DNA of 32,000 bases from an uncultured archaeon (lineage in GTDB: Archaea; Asgardarchaeota; Thorarchaeia; Thorarchaeales; Thorarchaeaceae), in assembly GCA_964648855.1 (NCBI GenBank), contig CAZYLT010000009.1, positions 1-32,000 of the forward strand. The letters are read 5' to 3'. A program made the position numbers and the translations under genes. Positions 17,670 through 27,810 of this stretch are shown here, in pieces. Every line of letters begins with the position of its first letter. Position 1 is the first letter of the stretch. The notes below the pieces were generated by a model that searched no databases, was not told the DNA's origin, and saw only the letters and a list, made by a program, of their open reading frames with translations.

Positions 17670-20569
17670 AGGCAGTTTCAACTTCCGATCGGGCTGACGA
17701 AGGTGCTGAGCACAGTGGTCCCAAGTCAATAGTCGTTATTGGAGCTGCTGAGCACAATCTCAAATCAGTCTCGGTTGAGATTCCAAAGAATAAGATGACC
17801 GTAATCACGGGGGTGAGCGGAAGTGGAAAATCCAGCTTGGCATTTGATACGATTTTTGCAGAGGGACAGAGGCGTTTCGTGGAGAGTTTGTCTCCTTACG
17901 CCAGACAGTTTCTTGGAATGCTTGAGAAACCTAATGTTGACTATATGTCGGGTCTCTCGCCCTCTATCTCTATCGACCAGAAGAGCGTAAGCAACAATCC
18001 TCGAAGCACCGTTGGCACAATCACAGAAATATACGATTTTCTGAGACTGCTTTTTGCACGAGTAGGAACTCCTCATTGCCCTCAATGTGGTAAGAAGATT
18101 GAGCCGCAGACCGCCCAGCAAATCGTAGATAGAGTTCTGGAGATTCCAAAGAAAACTCGAATAGTAATCCTGGCCCCAATTGTTCGAGGTCGTAAGGGAG
18201 AATATCGCAAGGAATTCTCCGAATTGCTTGAGAAAGGCTTCATCCGAGCCCGTGTGGACGGAGAGGTTATTGAAATTGAAGAGGGAATGTCCCTTGACCG
18301 ATACTTCGAACACACCATAGAAGTGGTAATTGATAGGGTCAGGGTAGAGAAGCCATCGCGAGGAAGGATCTCGGAAGGCATAGAATCTGCATTAGAGATG
18401 GCTGAAGGCGTTGTTACCATAATCACCGATGAGGGTGACCTGACTCTCTCAGAGCAGTTCGCTTGTGTTGACTGCGGAATATCACTTCCAGAGATGGAGC
18501 CAAGGATATTCTCATGGAATACACCTCAAGGTGCATGTTCGAAATGTACTGGGCTCGGTATCGTACGTGAATTTGATCCCGACCTGTTCATTGAAGATCC
18601 TAACATGCCTCTGAAGGATGGCGCCATCAAGTCAGATAAGTGGTTGCTGAAGCGAAGGATTTTCAAACTCGTTGCTGAACAATACGGTTTCAGTCTAGAT
18701 ACATCTTGGAACGAACTCACTAATCTCCAAAAACGAATCATCCTGTTCGGAACTGAAGAGAAGTATGAGCTGCATTGGAACAATGAGAATCCTGACTCCT
18801 CCGTGCAATGGAAGGGCACATTCAACAGGTCGTTCGAGGGCTTTGTGTCCCGTGCAAAACGCGTCTATAGACAGACAAAGTCAGACTACAGACGCCGGCA
18901 ACTAGAGGCGTTGATGGCTGAGCAGACTTGTCCTGAATGCAACGGTGGAAAGCTGAAACTGGTATCACAGGCTGTGAAATACGGTGGTAAGTCCATTGTT
19001 GAGATCAACTCGATGTCCATAACTCAATTAGATGAATTTCTGAAATCAACCGAGCCAGAGGAGAGATTCAAACCTGTGTCCGAACCCATTCTGAATGAGC
19101 TAGAAAGCAGAATCGGTTTTCTGAAAGATGTCGGTTTGGAGTATCTGACCCTTGATCGACCTGCTCCTTCCTTAGCAGGTGGCGAGGCACAGAGAATACG
19201 GCTTGCCAGTCAGATTGGCTCGAATCTTGTTGGCGTAACATACGTGTGTGATGAGCCTAGTATCGGGCTTCATTCACGCGATAATAAGCGTCTATTGAAC
19301 TCCTTGAAGAGACTTAGAGACCTCGAGAACACAATACTGATTGTTGAGCATGATGAGGAAACCATCAGGTTTGCTGATCACATAGTTGACCTTGGCCCAG
19401 GTGCTGGTGCAGAAGGCGGCGAAGTGGTTGTCTCAGGAGCACTGGATGATGTCCTTGCATCTAAGGAATCCATCACTGGGAAATACCTTCGTGGAGATGA
19501 ACATATACCTGTTCCACATGAGCGACGAGAGCCAAATGGACGCATCCTTGAGATGAGGGGTTGCAGACACAATAACCTGAAGAATATAGATGTGAAGATT
19601 CCCCTGGGTCTATTTATCGCAGTGACGGGTGTGAGTGGGAGCGGCAAGTCAAGTCTCGTTGTGGAAACTTTACAGAGGGCACTTGCAAGAGAGTTCCATA
19701 ACGCAGAGGCGAAGCCTGGCGACCACGATGAAATTGTCGGGTCAGAGGAACTCGATAAAGTCATAGTTATCGACCAGAGTCCCATTGGCAGAACGCCCCG
19801 ATCAAATCCCGCAACTTATGTGGGTCTCTTTACTCCGATACGAGAGCTTTATGCCAGTCTTCCCGAGGCAAAGATTCGCGGGTATAAGAAGGGACGATTT
19901 AGTTTCAATACTAAGAGCGGCCGATGTGAGAAATGCAAGGGTGCTGGGGTCGAAACTATCGAGATGCAGTTCCTTCCTCCTGTGGAAGTAAAATGTACTG
20001 ACTGCAAGGGTCGCAGATACGACCGTGATACCCTGCAGGTGCGCTACAAGGGAAAAAACATTGCTGACGTTCTTGAAATGCGTATTGACGAAGCAGTTCA
20101 CTTCTTTGAAGGGCATAATCGCATCTACCGCAGATTGAAGACCCTTTGCGATGTTGGCATGGGCTACATCAAACTCGGTCAACCCGCCACTACACTGAGC
20201 GGCGGTGAGGCTCAGCGAATAAAACTGAGCAAATTCCTGTCGCGACCCGCAACCGGGCAGACCCTCATAATGCTTGATGAACCAACGACTGGACTTCATT
20301 TTGCTGATATCAAGAAACTGCTGGAGGTATTGCATCGATTGGTGGACCTTGGAAACACAGTTCTGGTCATAGAGCACCAGCTAGATGTCGTTAAGACGGC
20401 AGACTGGATTATCGATCTCGGACCAGAGGGTGGAGAAGAAGGTGGACATATTGTCGCAGAAGGCTCTCCCGAACGCATAGCGACCTCCGAGGATTCGTAC
20501 ACGGGATATTATCTGAAAGAGATGCTGCCAGCTTTTACAACTGATAAAGGGGGGTGTGGTAGTAAATGA
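17666..20569 (+). CDS. uvrA: Excinuclease ABC subunit A, paralog 1
   Basis: Two ABC cassettes (GVSGSGKS twice; LAGGE and LSGGE; DEPSIGLH and DEPTTGLH), several CxxC pairs and GRTPRSNP. Confidence 0.97.
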   Translation: MKAVSTSDRADEGAEHSGPKSIVVIGAAEHNLKSVSVEIPKNKMTVITGVSGSGKSSLAFDTIFAEGQRRFVESLSPYARQFLGMLEKPNVDYMSGLSPSISIDQKSVSNNPRSTVGTITEIYDFLRLLFARVGTPHCPQCGKKIEPQTAQQIVDRVLEIPKKTRIVILAPIVRGRKGEYRKEFSELLEKGFIRARVDGEVIEIEEGMSLDRYFEHTIEVVIDRVRVEKPSRGRISEGIESALEMAEGVVTIITDEGDLTLSEQFACVDCGISLPEMEPRIFSWNTPQGACSKCTGLGIVREFDPDLFIEDPNMPLKDGAIKSDKWLLKRRIFKLVAEQYGFSLDTSWNELTNLQKRIILFGTEEKYELHWNNENPDSSVQWKGTFNRSFEGFVSRAKRVYRQTKSDYRRRQLEALMAEQTCPECNGGKLKLVSQAVKYGGKSIVEINSMSITQLDEFLKSTEPEERFKPVSEPILNELESRIGFLKDVGLEYLTLDRPAPSLAGGEAQRIRLASQIGSNLVGVTYVCDEPSIGLHSRDNKRLLNSLKRLRDLENTILIVEHDEETIRFADHIVDLGPGAGAEGGEVVVSGALDDVLASKESITGKYLRGDEHIPVPHERREPNGRILEMRGCRHNNLKNIDVKIPLGLFIAVTGVSGSGKSSLVVETLQRALAREFHNAEAKPGDHDEIVGSEELDKVIVIDQSPIGRTPRSNPATYVGLFTPIRELYASLPEAKIRGYKKGRFSFNTKSGRCEKCKGAGVETIEMQFLPPVEVKCTDCKGRRYDRDTLQVRYKGKNIADVLEMRIDEAVHFFEGHNRIYRRLKTLCDVGMGYIKLGQPATTLSGGEAQRIKLSKFLSRPATGQTLIMLDEPTTGLHFADIKKLLEVLHRLVDLGNTVLVIEHQLDVVKTADWIIDLGPEGGEEGGHIVAEGSPERIATSEDSYTGYYLKEMLPAFTTDKGGCGSK

Positions 20570-23421
20570 CCGGCTACATAAGTGTGAAGAAGGCAGAGGA
20601 ACACAATCTAAAGCAAATATCTTTGGACATTCCGAGGGACCGCCTTGTCGTAATCACTGGCCCATCCGGTTCAGGAAAGAGCACACTTGTATTTGATACT
20701 GTGTTTGCTGAGGGCCAAAGACGGTATGTAGAGTCTCTTTCATCCTATGCCAGACGGTTCTTGGGTCGATTGGACAAGCCCAAGGTTGAAAGCATCACTG
20801 GCCTTCCACCAGCAATCTCGATTGAGCAAAAGGGAAGAACAAAGAACCCGAGGAGCACTGTAGGAACTAGTACAGAGATCCACGACTACTTGCGCCTTCT
20901 TTATGCCAACATTGGAATTCCTCATTGTGTTGAATGCAATGAACCGATGGAACAGCTCACAGCTCAATCTGCAGCGAGATTGCTTCTGAATGAAAATGGC
21001 GGACAGCGGATTTTTGTCCTCTCCCCAGTAGTGGATGAAGAAACTGGCAAACATGAAGAAACCCTGCATAGTCTGACCGAGAAGGGCTTTGTTCGAGTGC
21101 GAGTAGACGGTGAGATAACCGATATTGAGTCAATAGAAATTGATGGACGCAAAAAGCACGATATCGATGTGGTTGTTGACAGAGTCGATGTAAGTCATTC
21201 GACGAGAGAACGCCTTGTCGGGTCATTAGAAACTGCCTTGGAGATGGGAAATGGGAAAGCCACCGTTGCTCGGCCTGGACAAGAGGACCTAGTCTTTGCC
21301 GAACAACTCATGTGTCCGAAGTGCGGCATTCAATATGAGAAATTGAATCCAAAGGCATTCTCGTATAATAGGCCTGATGGCGCATGTCCTACTTGTAATG
21401 GATTGGGTGTCACGATGTCCATTGATGTGGACTTGATTATTCCTGATGACGAGATGACCATCACTGACATCCTGAAACAAGTCAAGGCAAAGAGGAATTG
21501 GTTCTTACGGAGAATAGAGGTCCTCGGAGCGCGGTTCGGATTTACTCTTGATACTAAGTGGAGAGACATGACTGCTGACCAGAAGGATGTCTTTCTCTGG
21601 GGAAAGCCCAACCTTACACTCACTTACATCTCAGAGAAATCTGACTCTAAATGGGAGATCAAAAGGAAGTGGAATGGTCTCATTCCGTGGTTGGAAGGTA
21701 TCTTTGACAAGGGGAAGAGCAGTGAAAAGCAATGGTATCAGCGCTGGTCTCAACATATCGCTAATAGGATCTCCAGAAAGGTTACCTGCGAAGAATGCAA
21801 TGGACGCAAACTCAAAGCCCAGAGTCTTGCTGTCACAGTTGGAGGAAAACCAATAGACGAAGTCAATTCGATGACGATTGAACAAGCCTACAAATTCTTC
21901 GATAATATTGAGTTGAGCGATAGGGACTTGAAAATAGCTGAACTCGTGCTGAAAGAGATAACTTCCCGGTTACGTTTTCTGGTTGCTGTCGGACTGGAGT
22001 ATCTGAATCTCGACAGACTTAGTATGACTCTCTCCGGTGGTGAAAGCCAGCGGATACGACTAGCAACTCAGATTGGTTCTGCATTGACTGGCGTTCTGTA
22101 TTGTCTTGATGAACCTAGTATTGGTTTACATCCCCGAGACCTGAACAGACTCCTAGACACATTTCGAGAACTTCGGAGTCTAGGAAACACTGTCTTGGTT
22201 ATTGAGCACGATAGAGATACAATCTATTCGGCCGACCATATAATCGACCTCGGTCCTCAGGCCGGAAGGTATGGTGGGGAAGTTGTTGCTGAAGGTCCAC
22301 CTGAACAGGTACTGAGCAATCCGAAATCACTCACCGCTCGCTATCTTGCGGGAACGGAACAGATTCCCATTCCTAAGAAGCGGAGAAATGGCAATGGGAA
22401 ATCAATCACCATCAAAGGTGCGAAGCAACACAATCTGAAGAGCATCGACGTATCATTCCCGTTGGGTCGATTCATCTGTGTGACCGGCGTGTCAGGGTCC
22501 GGAAAGAGCACACTTATTCACGAAACTCTCTACAAGGCTTTGGCGAAGATTTTGAATGAGGCAAGCGCGCGTCCTGGTACATATGATGAGATTGCTGGTT
22601 ACGACAGTATTGATAGATTAGTGCTGGTCGATCAGTCGCCTATCGGCCGTACGCCCAGGTCAAATCCCGCGACCTACACGAAGACCTTTGGTTACATCCG
22701 GAGACTCTTCGCAAAGATGCCTGAGGCAAAGGCAAGAGGGTATGAGAAGGGTAGATTCAGCTTTAATACCCGAGAAGGCCGATGTGCTAAGTGTAAGGGA
22801 AGTGGGGTCATTCAAGTAGAGATGCACTTTATGTCAGATGTTTTCATGACATGCGATGTCTGTGAAGGACAACGCTATGACCGAGAGACCCTTGAGGTAG
22901 AGTACAAGGGCAAAAACATCAATGATGTTTTGTCGATGACAATAGATGAAGCTCTGGAGTTCTTCTCTGATATCTCGAAGATTGAGAACAAGCTACAGAC
23001 TCTGGTAGATGTGGGTCTTGGCTATTTACAGCTTGGGCAACCCGCCACTACGTTAAGCGGTGGAGAAGCTCAACGTATGAAGCTGGCCTCTGAGCTGAGT
23101 CGAAGAAGTACAGGGAATACCCTCTATTTGTTGGATGAACCTACGACTGGGCTCTCAGCCTCCGATGTTCACGTGTTACTGAGGGTCCTAAAACGGCTTA
23201 CTGACGCTGGAAACACTATCATTATGATTGAGCACAATCTCGAAGTGGTGAAGACTGCAGACTGGATTATTGACTTAGGACCTGAAGGTGGAGATGCCGG
23301 AGGGGAGGTTATCGCGACAGGCACTCCGGAGGAGATTTGTGAAGTATGGAACTCGTACACGGGTAACCACCTCAGAAAAATCATCTATAGAGAGGACGCC
23401 ATCTATGCGTCTTTGGACTAG
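20566..23421 (+). CDS. uvrA: Excinuclease ABC subunit A, paralog 2
   Basis: Same full two-ABC architecture (GPSGSGKS, GVSGSGKS, LSGGE twice) with CxxC pairs. ATGA overlap with paralog 1. Confidence 0.96.
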   Translation: MTGYISVKKAEEHNLKQISLDIPRDRLVVITGPSGSGKSTLVFDTVFAEGQRRYVESLSSYARRFLGRLDKPKVESITGLPPAISIEQKGRTKNPRSTVGTSTEIHDYLRLLYANIGIPHCVECNEPMEQLTAQSAARLLLNENGGQRIFVLSPVVDEETGKHEETLHSLTEKGFVRVRVDGEITDIESIEIDGRKKHDIDVVVDRVDVSHSTRERLVGSLETALEMGNGKATVARPGQEDLVFAEQLMCPKCGIQYEKLNPKAFSYNRPDGACPTCNGLGVTMSIDVDLIIPDDEMTITDILKQVKAKRNWFLRRIEVLGARFGFTLDTKWRDMTADQKDVFLWGKPNLTLTYISEKSDSKWEIKRKWNGLIPWLEGIFDKGKSSEKQWYQRWSQHIANRISRKVTCEECNGRKLKAQSLAVTVGGKPIDEVNSMTIEQAYKFFDNIELSDRDLKIAELVLKEITSRLRFLVAVGLEYLNLDRLSMTLSGGESQRIRLATQIGSALTGVLYCLDEPSIGLHPRDLNRLLDTFRELRSLGNTVLVIEHDRDTIYSADHIIDLGPQAGRYGGEVVAEGPPEQVLSNPKSLTARYLAGTEQIPIPKKRRNGNGKSITIKGAKQHNLKSIDVSFPLGRFICVTGVSGSGKSTLIHETLYKALAKILNEASARPGTYDEIAGYDSIDRLVLVDQSPIGRTPRSNPATYTKTFGYIRRLFAKMPEAKARGYEKGRFSFNTREGRCAKCKGSGVIQVEMHFMSDVFMTCDVCEGQRYDRETLEVEYKGKNINDVLSMTIDEALEFFSDISKIENKLQTLVDVGLGYLQLGQPATTLSGGEAQRMKLASELSRRSTGNTLYLLDEPTTGLSASDVHVLLRVLKRLTDAGNTIIMIEHNLEVVKTADWIIDLGPEGGDAGGEVIATGTPEEICEVWNSYTGNHLRKIIYREDAIYASLD

Positions 23422-23475
23422 GTACTCATACCAAAGCCCTGATTTGCACTTCATGTGAAAAGACAATAGAAATCT

Positions 23476-25311
23476 ATGATGGATGAATGTACAGTGTCTG
23501 ACCTCACCGCCTTAGTGAAGGACCTTCCGAAGCAGCCAGGAGTATATCTCTGGAAGGATAAAGATGGGGAGATATTATACATAGGCAAGGCAAAAGAGCT
23601 GCGAAAGCGAGTGCCCTCCTACTTACGGAAAAAACTGGACCGAAAGACCTGGAATATGATGCAGCATGCTGTAGACTTGGAGACCATCATCACAAATACA
23701 GAACGAGAGGCTCTTCTTTTAGAAGCAACCCTAATACGAAAACACCAACCGAAATATAATCTGGCATTGAAGGACGACAAGCGACATGCTTGGATCAGGG
23801 TGAATCTAGATGCCGATGTACCCACATTTGAGGTCACCCGCGAACTCGAAAAAGATGGCGCAACGTATTATGGTCCCTATGGCAGCACAAAGCGTCTGGA
23901 GAAGTTCCTTGATACTGTGAGGCGTTTCATTCCGGTTGCAATGTGTCGCGACCCTACCAAAGCAAACCGGGCATGCATGGATTTTCACTTGGGACGGTGT
24001 ATCGCTCCCTGTACAGAAGGAGTGCCGCTAGAAGAATATCGTCAGGCTGTTCAGGAAATGTGCCTCTATCTTGAAGGTAGAGAGGAGGAGCTTACGAATA
24101 TCATCAAAGAGAAAATGGAAGACGCTTCTCGAAATCTTGAATATGAGAAAGCGGCAAACCTGAGAGACCGTCTGTTAGATATTGACATCATAATGCGAAA
24201 GCAGAAAGTTGTCGAACCCAAAGGAACTGACAAGGATGTTCTTGGCCTTGCTCGAACTGAGCAAGCTGCATTGATTGAAATTCTTCTGATTCGTTCCGGA
24301 CGTCTGGTAGGCCATGACAATTACTACTTTGAAGTTGATATCGATACTCCTGATTCCTCGGTGCTGCAGGCCTTTGTGGAGCAGTTCTACTTCACTATTC
24401 CAAGAGTTCCAGAGGAAATACTGCTTCCGATAAGAATTCCTGGAATGACGCAGATTGCGCGGTGGCTAGGTGAAACGGTGGGGACTAAGCCAAGGCTGTA
24501 TCATCCCAGAACCGGTCGACCATCAGAATTAGTTGAAATGGCAAACAAGAATGCATATCGTAGTCTTCGAAAGATATTGCTTCTGGGTGAAAGTGATGAA
24601 GAAATCTTGAGTGATGGCGTCAAAGACCTGAAGGAGTATCTAGATTTGTCACGTGCTCCTTTACATATTGAAGGATTCGATATTGCAAATATCCAAGGAA
24701 CTGATCCCACTGGCTCCTGTGTTGTATTTCACAACGGAGAACCAGACAATAGCAAATATAGAATGTTCAAAATACGTTCAAAGATTACCCCCGATGATTA
24801 TGCTATGATGTACGAAGTTGTTCATCGCAGATATCGAGGCATACTTGAGAAAGGGAAACCTTTGCCGGATTTGGTTATCATAGATGGAGGCAAAGGTCAG
24901 TTGAATATTGCCCAAAAAGCATTGGAAGAACTTGGGCTTGAATATCTCAATGTTGCCGCTATTGCCAAGCGCGAGGAGATTCTCTATACAAGAGATGCCC
25001 CTGATGGAATACTTTTACCTTTGGATTCTGATGGACTATTCTTGGTTCAGCGTGTACGTGATGAGGCCCATCGTTTTGCGCAACGATATCACCATAAACT
25101 CAGGGAACGTCGTTTCTCCGGGTCAATACTGGAAGATGCTCCAGGGATTGGACCAAAGAGAGGAAATGCATTGTTGCGACATTTTGGTAGCTATGACAAA
25201 ATCCGCAGAGCTTCTATCGACCAGCTCAAGCAAGTAGAACGCATGACCGAAAAGGCTGCTGTATCATTGAGAAATTGGATAGACGCTGAGGACCCTCTTC
25301 CTGAGCAATAA
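23476..25311 (+). CDS. uvrC: Excinuclease ABC subunit C
   Basis: GIY-YIG domain (GVY...YIGKA), Cys-rich region, UVR motif, RNase H-like domain (FDIANIQG, DGGKGQ, DEAHRFA) and HhH motif GIGPKR. Confidence 0.97.
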   Translation: MMDECTVSDLTALVKDLPKQPGVYLWKDKDGEILYIGKAKELRKRVPSYLRKKLDRKTWNMMQHAVDLETIITNTEREALLLEATLIRKHQPKYNLALKDDKRHAWIRVNLDADVPTFEVTRELEKDGATYYGPYGSTKRLEKFLDTVRRFIPVAMCRDPTKANRACMDFHLGRCIAPCTEGVPLEEYRQAVQEMCLYLEGREEELTNIIKEKMEDASRNLEYEKAANLRDRLLDIDIIMRKQKVVEPKGTDKDVLGLARTEQAALIEILLIRSGRLVGHDNYYFEVDIDTPDSSVLQAFVEQFYFTIPRVPEEILLPIRIPGMTQIARWLGETVGTKPRLYHPRTGRPSELVEMANKNAYRSLRKILLLGESDEEILSDGVKDLKEYLDLSRAPLHIEGFDIANIQGTDPTGSCVVFHNGEPDNSKYRMFKIRSKITPDDYAMMYEVVHRRYRGILEKGKPLPDLVIIDGGKGQLNIAQKALEELGLEYLNVAAIAKREEILYTRDAPDGILLPLDSDGLFLVQRVRDEAHRFAQRYHHKLRERRFSGSILEDAPGIGPKRGNALLRHFGSYDKIRRASIDQLKQVERMTEKAAVSLRNWIDAEDPLPEQ

Positions 25312-25456
25312 TGCCAATTCCAATCGGTATTGTCGCAGGCGCCCGGTAATGAACATAATCCCACATATTGGAACTACCCTGAGATTTAAATGCTAGATGA
25401 AAAAGGCAGGTAACTGAAGAACTCTTCAAGAGTTCAAAGAACGAAGTGAAGCAAAA

Positions 25457-25639
25457 ATGATGTGGAAAGTAACTGACGCATGTACAGCCTGCGGGACCTG
25501 CGCTGACGTTTGTCCAGTCGATCCAACCCTATATGTGATTGAAGACAAAGCAGTATATCAGGCAGATCGCGCTGATGAATGCACCGAATGCTACGCTTGT
25601 GTAGATAGCTGCCCTGAGGCCGCCATCGAAGAGGCATAG
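25457..25639 (+). CDS. 2[4Fe-4S] ferredoxin
   Basis: Motifs CTACGTCADVCP and CTECYACVDSCP. Confidence 0.96.
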   Translation: MMWKVTDACTACGTCADVCPVDPTLYVIEDKAVYQADRADECTECYACVDSCPEAAIEEA

Positions 25640-25739
25640 TCTAGGAGAATTCTTACCTGCTCTTTACATAATGGATGGCAGGTAACGCAATCGGGAGCCA
25701 TCTCATCATTGTGGATAGCTCCCCACCTTTTCCATTTTC

Positions 25740-25997
25740 CTATTTTACTCTATAAGGCTCGCCAAAAATAGAATCGAAGAATTCCTTTAGTGAATCATCC
25801 ACGAGCACAACTCGAATCATTGCATCTCCGCCTATTGCCGGATTATATCTACCGGTGATCTGCTCGATTCTACTCTCTGATTCTTCCATGAGGAATGTGG
25901 CGTCTTCATCAACCTCTTCATGCAATCCAAGTTCATCTCTTACCCTATCCATCATCTCCCTGTATTTTGACGGGTTAACTTTGTAGAATAGCTTCAT
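25740..25997 (-). CDS. Small hypothetical protein (about 85 aa)
   Basis: Protein-like ORF starting MKLFYKV at ATG 25997. The upstream extension in the track overlaps the divergent promoter region. Confidence 0.7.
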   Translation of the reverse strand: MKLFYKVNPSKYREMMDRVRDELGLHEEVDEDATFLMEESESRIEQITGRYNPAIGGDAMIRVVLVDDSLKEFFDSIFGEPYRVK

Positions 25998-26098
25998 GGT
26001 GATATTCCTCGAAATTCCATTATTGCGTAATGCTATCATAAGGTATAAGTGATTCCGTGGATGCCTTCCTTTCAACGTTGGAAGAGGATGTTAGAAAT

Positions 26099-27748
26099 AT
26101 GAGAATTCGCCCAGGCTTGAGAAGTCTATTGACTGTAGCTTTATTGTTTTCATTTTCTGTTACAATGCTAGTGCCAGCCGCAAGCATATCTGATTTCGAA
26201 GCGGACTATGTGGCTGCTGACATTGAATGGAATACAATATCAACAAATATGAATGTCACAACCTTCGTTTCTCCTGACGGTAGCAGAGATACACTATGGA
26301 ATTTTCTGCAGCAGGCAGATGAAAGCATCTATGTAGAGATATATGGCATAAATAATCCCTATATACTAGACCTGCTTCACGAAATACATGCTTCAAAGCC
26401 CGGCATCGACATGAAATTCTTACTGGGCAGGAGCAGCTTGGGTTATTATTCTCCTAACGACTATGTCGCTAACAATCTAACTTTACTTGGTTATCCTGTA
26501 AAATGGACTAGTAGTGGAGCTGGCGGTGAATTCACATTTGCCCATCAAAAATTTGTCATTATTGACAACCAGACTACAATTGTTCATTCCGGAAACTGGG
26601 CAAAAACTAGTTTCCCAGAAGAGGGAAAGAAGGCAAATCGCGAGTGGAGTATCGCCATGACTGACACCGAGGTCACTGAATACTACAGAATGGTCTTTGA
26701 TTACGATTGGAGCCAAGGGACTTATTATGATTCAGAAGAGGATGGAACTGGCGACCCGCTCTCCTATTCTCAAAGTGGAACAACCTATTCCCGACCGTTT
26801 GCCACAGCTGGGCATTTTAGTGGGCTCATGAATGTGACGCCAATCTTCAGCCCTGAAACCAGTCTCCAGGGAATTCTGTATTGTATAAATTCGGCTCAGG
26901 CCACATTGGATATTCAAATTCCCTATTTTGCTAATATCGATGAAGGAGGTTCCGTAGAACAAATTGTCGATGCCATTCTTGCGGCTAAGAACCGTGGTGT
27001 AACAGTTCGAGTGATCTCAGAAGAGGGATCATATGACTGGGAGGAGATTGCAGAGTTGTTTGCAGAACATGATATTCCCATTGTTTGGCAGATGACTCGT
27101 TGGTTTACTGCAAATCATAACAAGGCAATCATTGTGGATGGTCGAATTGTTCTTATCAGCAGCATCAACTACAGTGATAACAGCATTGAGAACAATCGAG
27201 AGGCTGGTGTCATAATCGAAAATGATGATGTAGCCCAGTGGTATTCGGAAGTATTCGATTATGATTGGGGTATAGGCGATTGTGATGTCATGGATGAAGT
27301 AAATGTCTACTGGACGCCCAATATTCCAACAAGTAGCTCAGAAATCAACGTGACTCTATATGCACATATGCTGAATGAAACTCCTGTAGACGAAGTCTAT
27401 CTGGACTACCGCATAAGTGATGGTGCTTGGAATAATGTCAGCATCATTGACACATTGCATCTATCTGCTGAGGATGATCCCGAGAATTACTATCATGTGA
27501 TTCCAGCTCACTCTGATGGGACAAATATCACAGTCGTAGGCAGGGTTAGGGTAGGTTCTACCTGGCATGTTGGTATGCCTATGATTATTCGAGTACGCGA
27601 CTCTATTGGTTCAGTGATCACTACCCCCATAACGCCTCCTGATATTGATGACCCGGTGGCTGAGTTTGTGGCAGAATACGGACTCTATATTGCAGGAGCA
27701 GTCGTTGCGGTAATAATCATTGCAAATATAATGAAGAAACGGCGATAG
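26099..27748 (+). CDS. Secreted, membrane-anchored phospholipase D-family enzyme
   Basis: Signal peptide from MRIRPG (ATG 26099), two HKD motifs (HQKFVIID, HNKAIIVD), a Thr/Pro linker, a C-terminal TM helix and a KKRR tail. Confidence 0.9.
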   Translation: MRIRPGLRSLLTVALLFSFSVTMLVPAASISDFEADYVAADIEWNTISTNMNVTTFVSPDGSRDTLWNFLQQADESIYVEIYGINNPYILDLLHEIHASKPGIDMKFLLGRSSLGYYSPNDYVANNLTLLGYPVKWTSSGAGGEFTFAHQKFVIIDNQTTIVHSGNWAKTSFPEEGKKANREWSIAMTDTEVTEYYRMVFDYDWSQGTYYDSEEDGTGDPLSYSQSGTTYSRPFATAGHFSGLMNVTPIFSPETSLQGILYCINSAQATLDIQIPYFANIDEGGSVEQIVDAILAAKNRGVTVRVISEEGSYDWEEIAELFAEHDIPIVWQMTRWFTANHNKAIIVDGRIVLISSINYSDNSIENNREAGVIIENDDVAQWYSEVFDYDWGIGDCDVMDEVNVYWTPNIPTSSSEINVTLYAHMLNETPVDEVYLDYRISDGAWNNVSIIDTLHLSAEDDPENYYHVIPAHSDGTNITVVGRVRVGSTWHVGMPMIIRVRDSIGSVITTPITPPDIDDPVAEFVAEYGLYIAGAVVAVIIIANIMKKRR

Positions 27749-27810
27749 TGTTCATCTAGAAAGGGTTGCAGTTTCCGCTGCAATCCTTACCATTCTCTCT
27801 TCTACTGCTA

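Noticed and set aside
17666-23421. Tandem uvrA as an assembly duplication or split gene
   Set aside because: The copies are clearly diverged at nucleotide and protein level, and each is full length.
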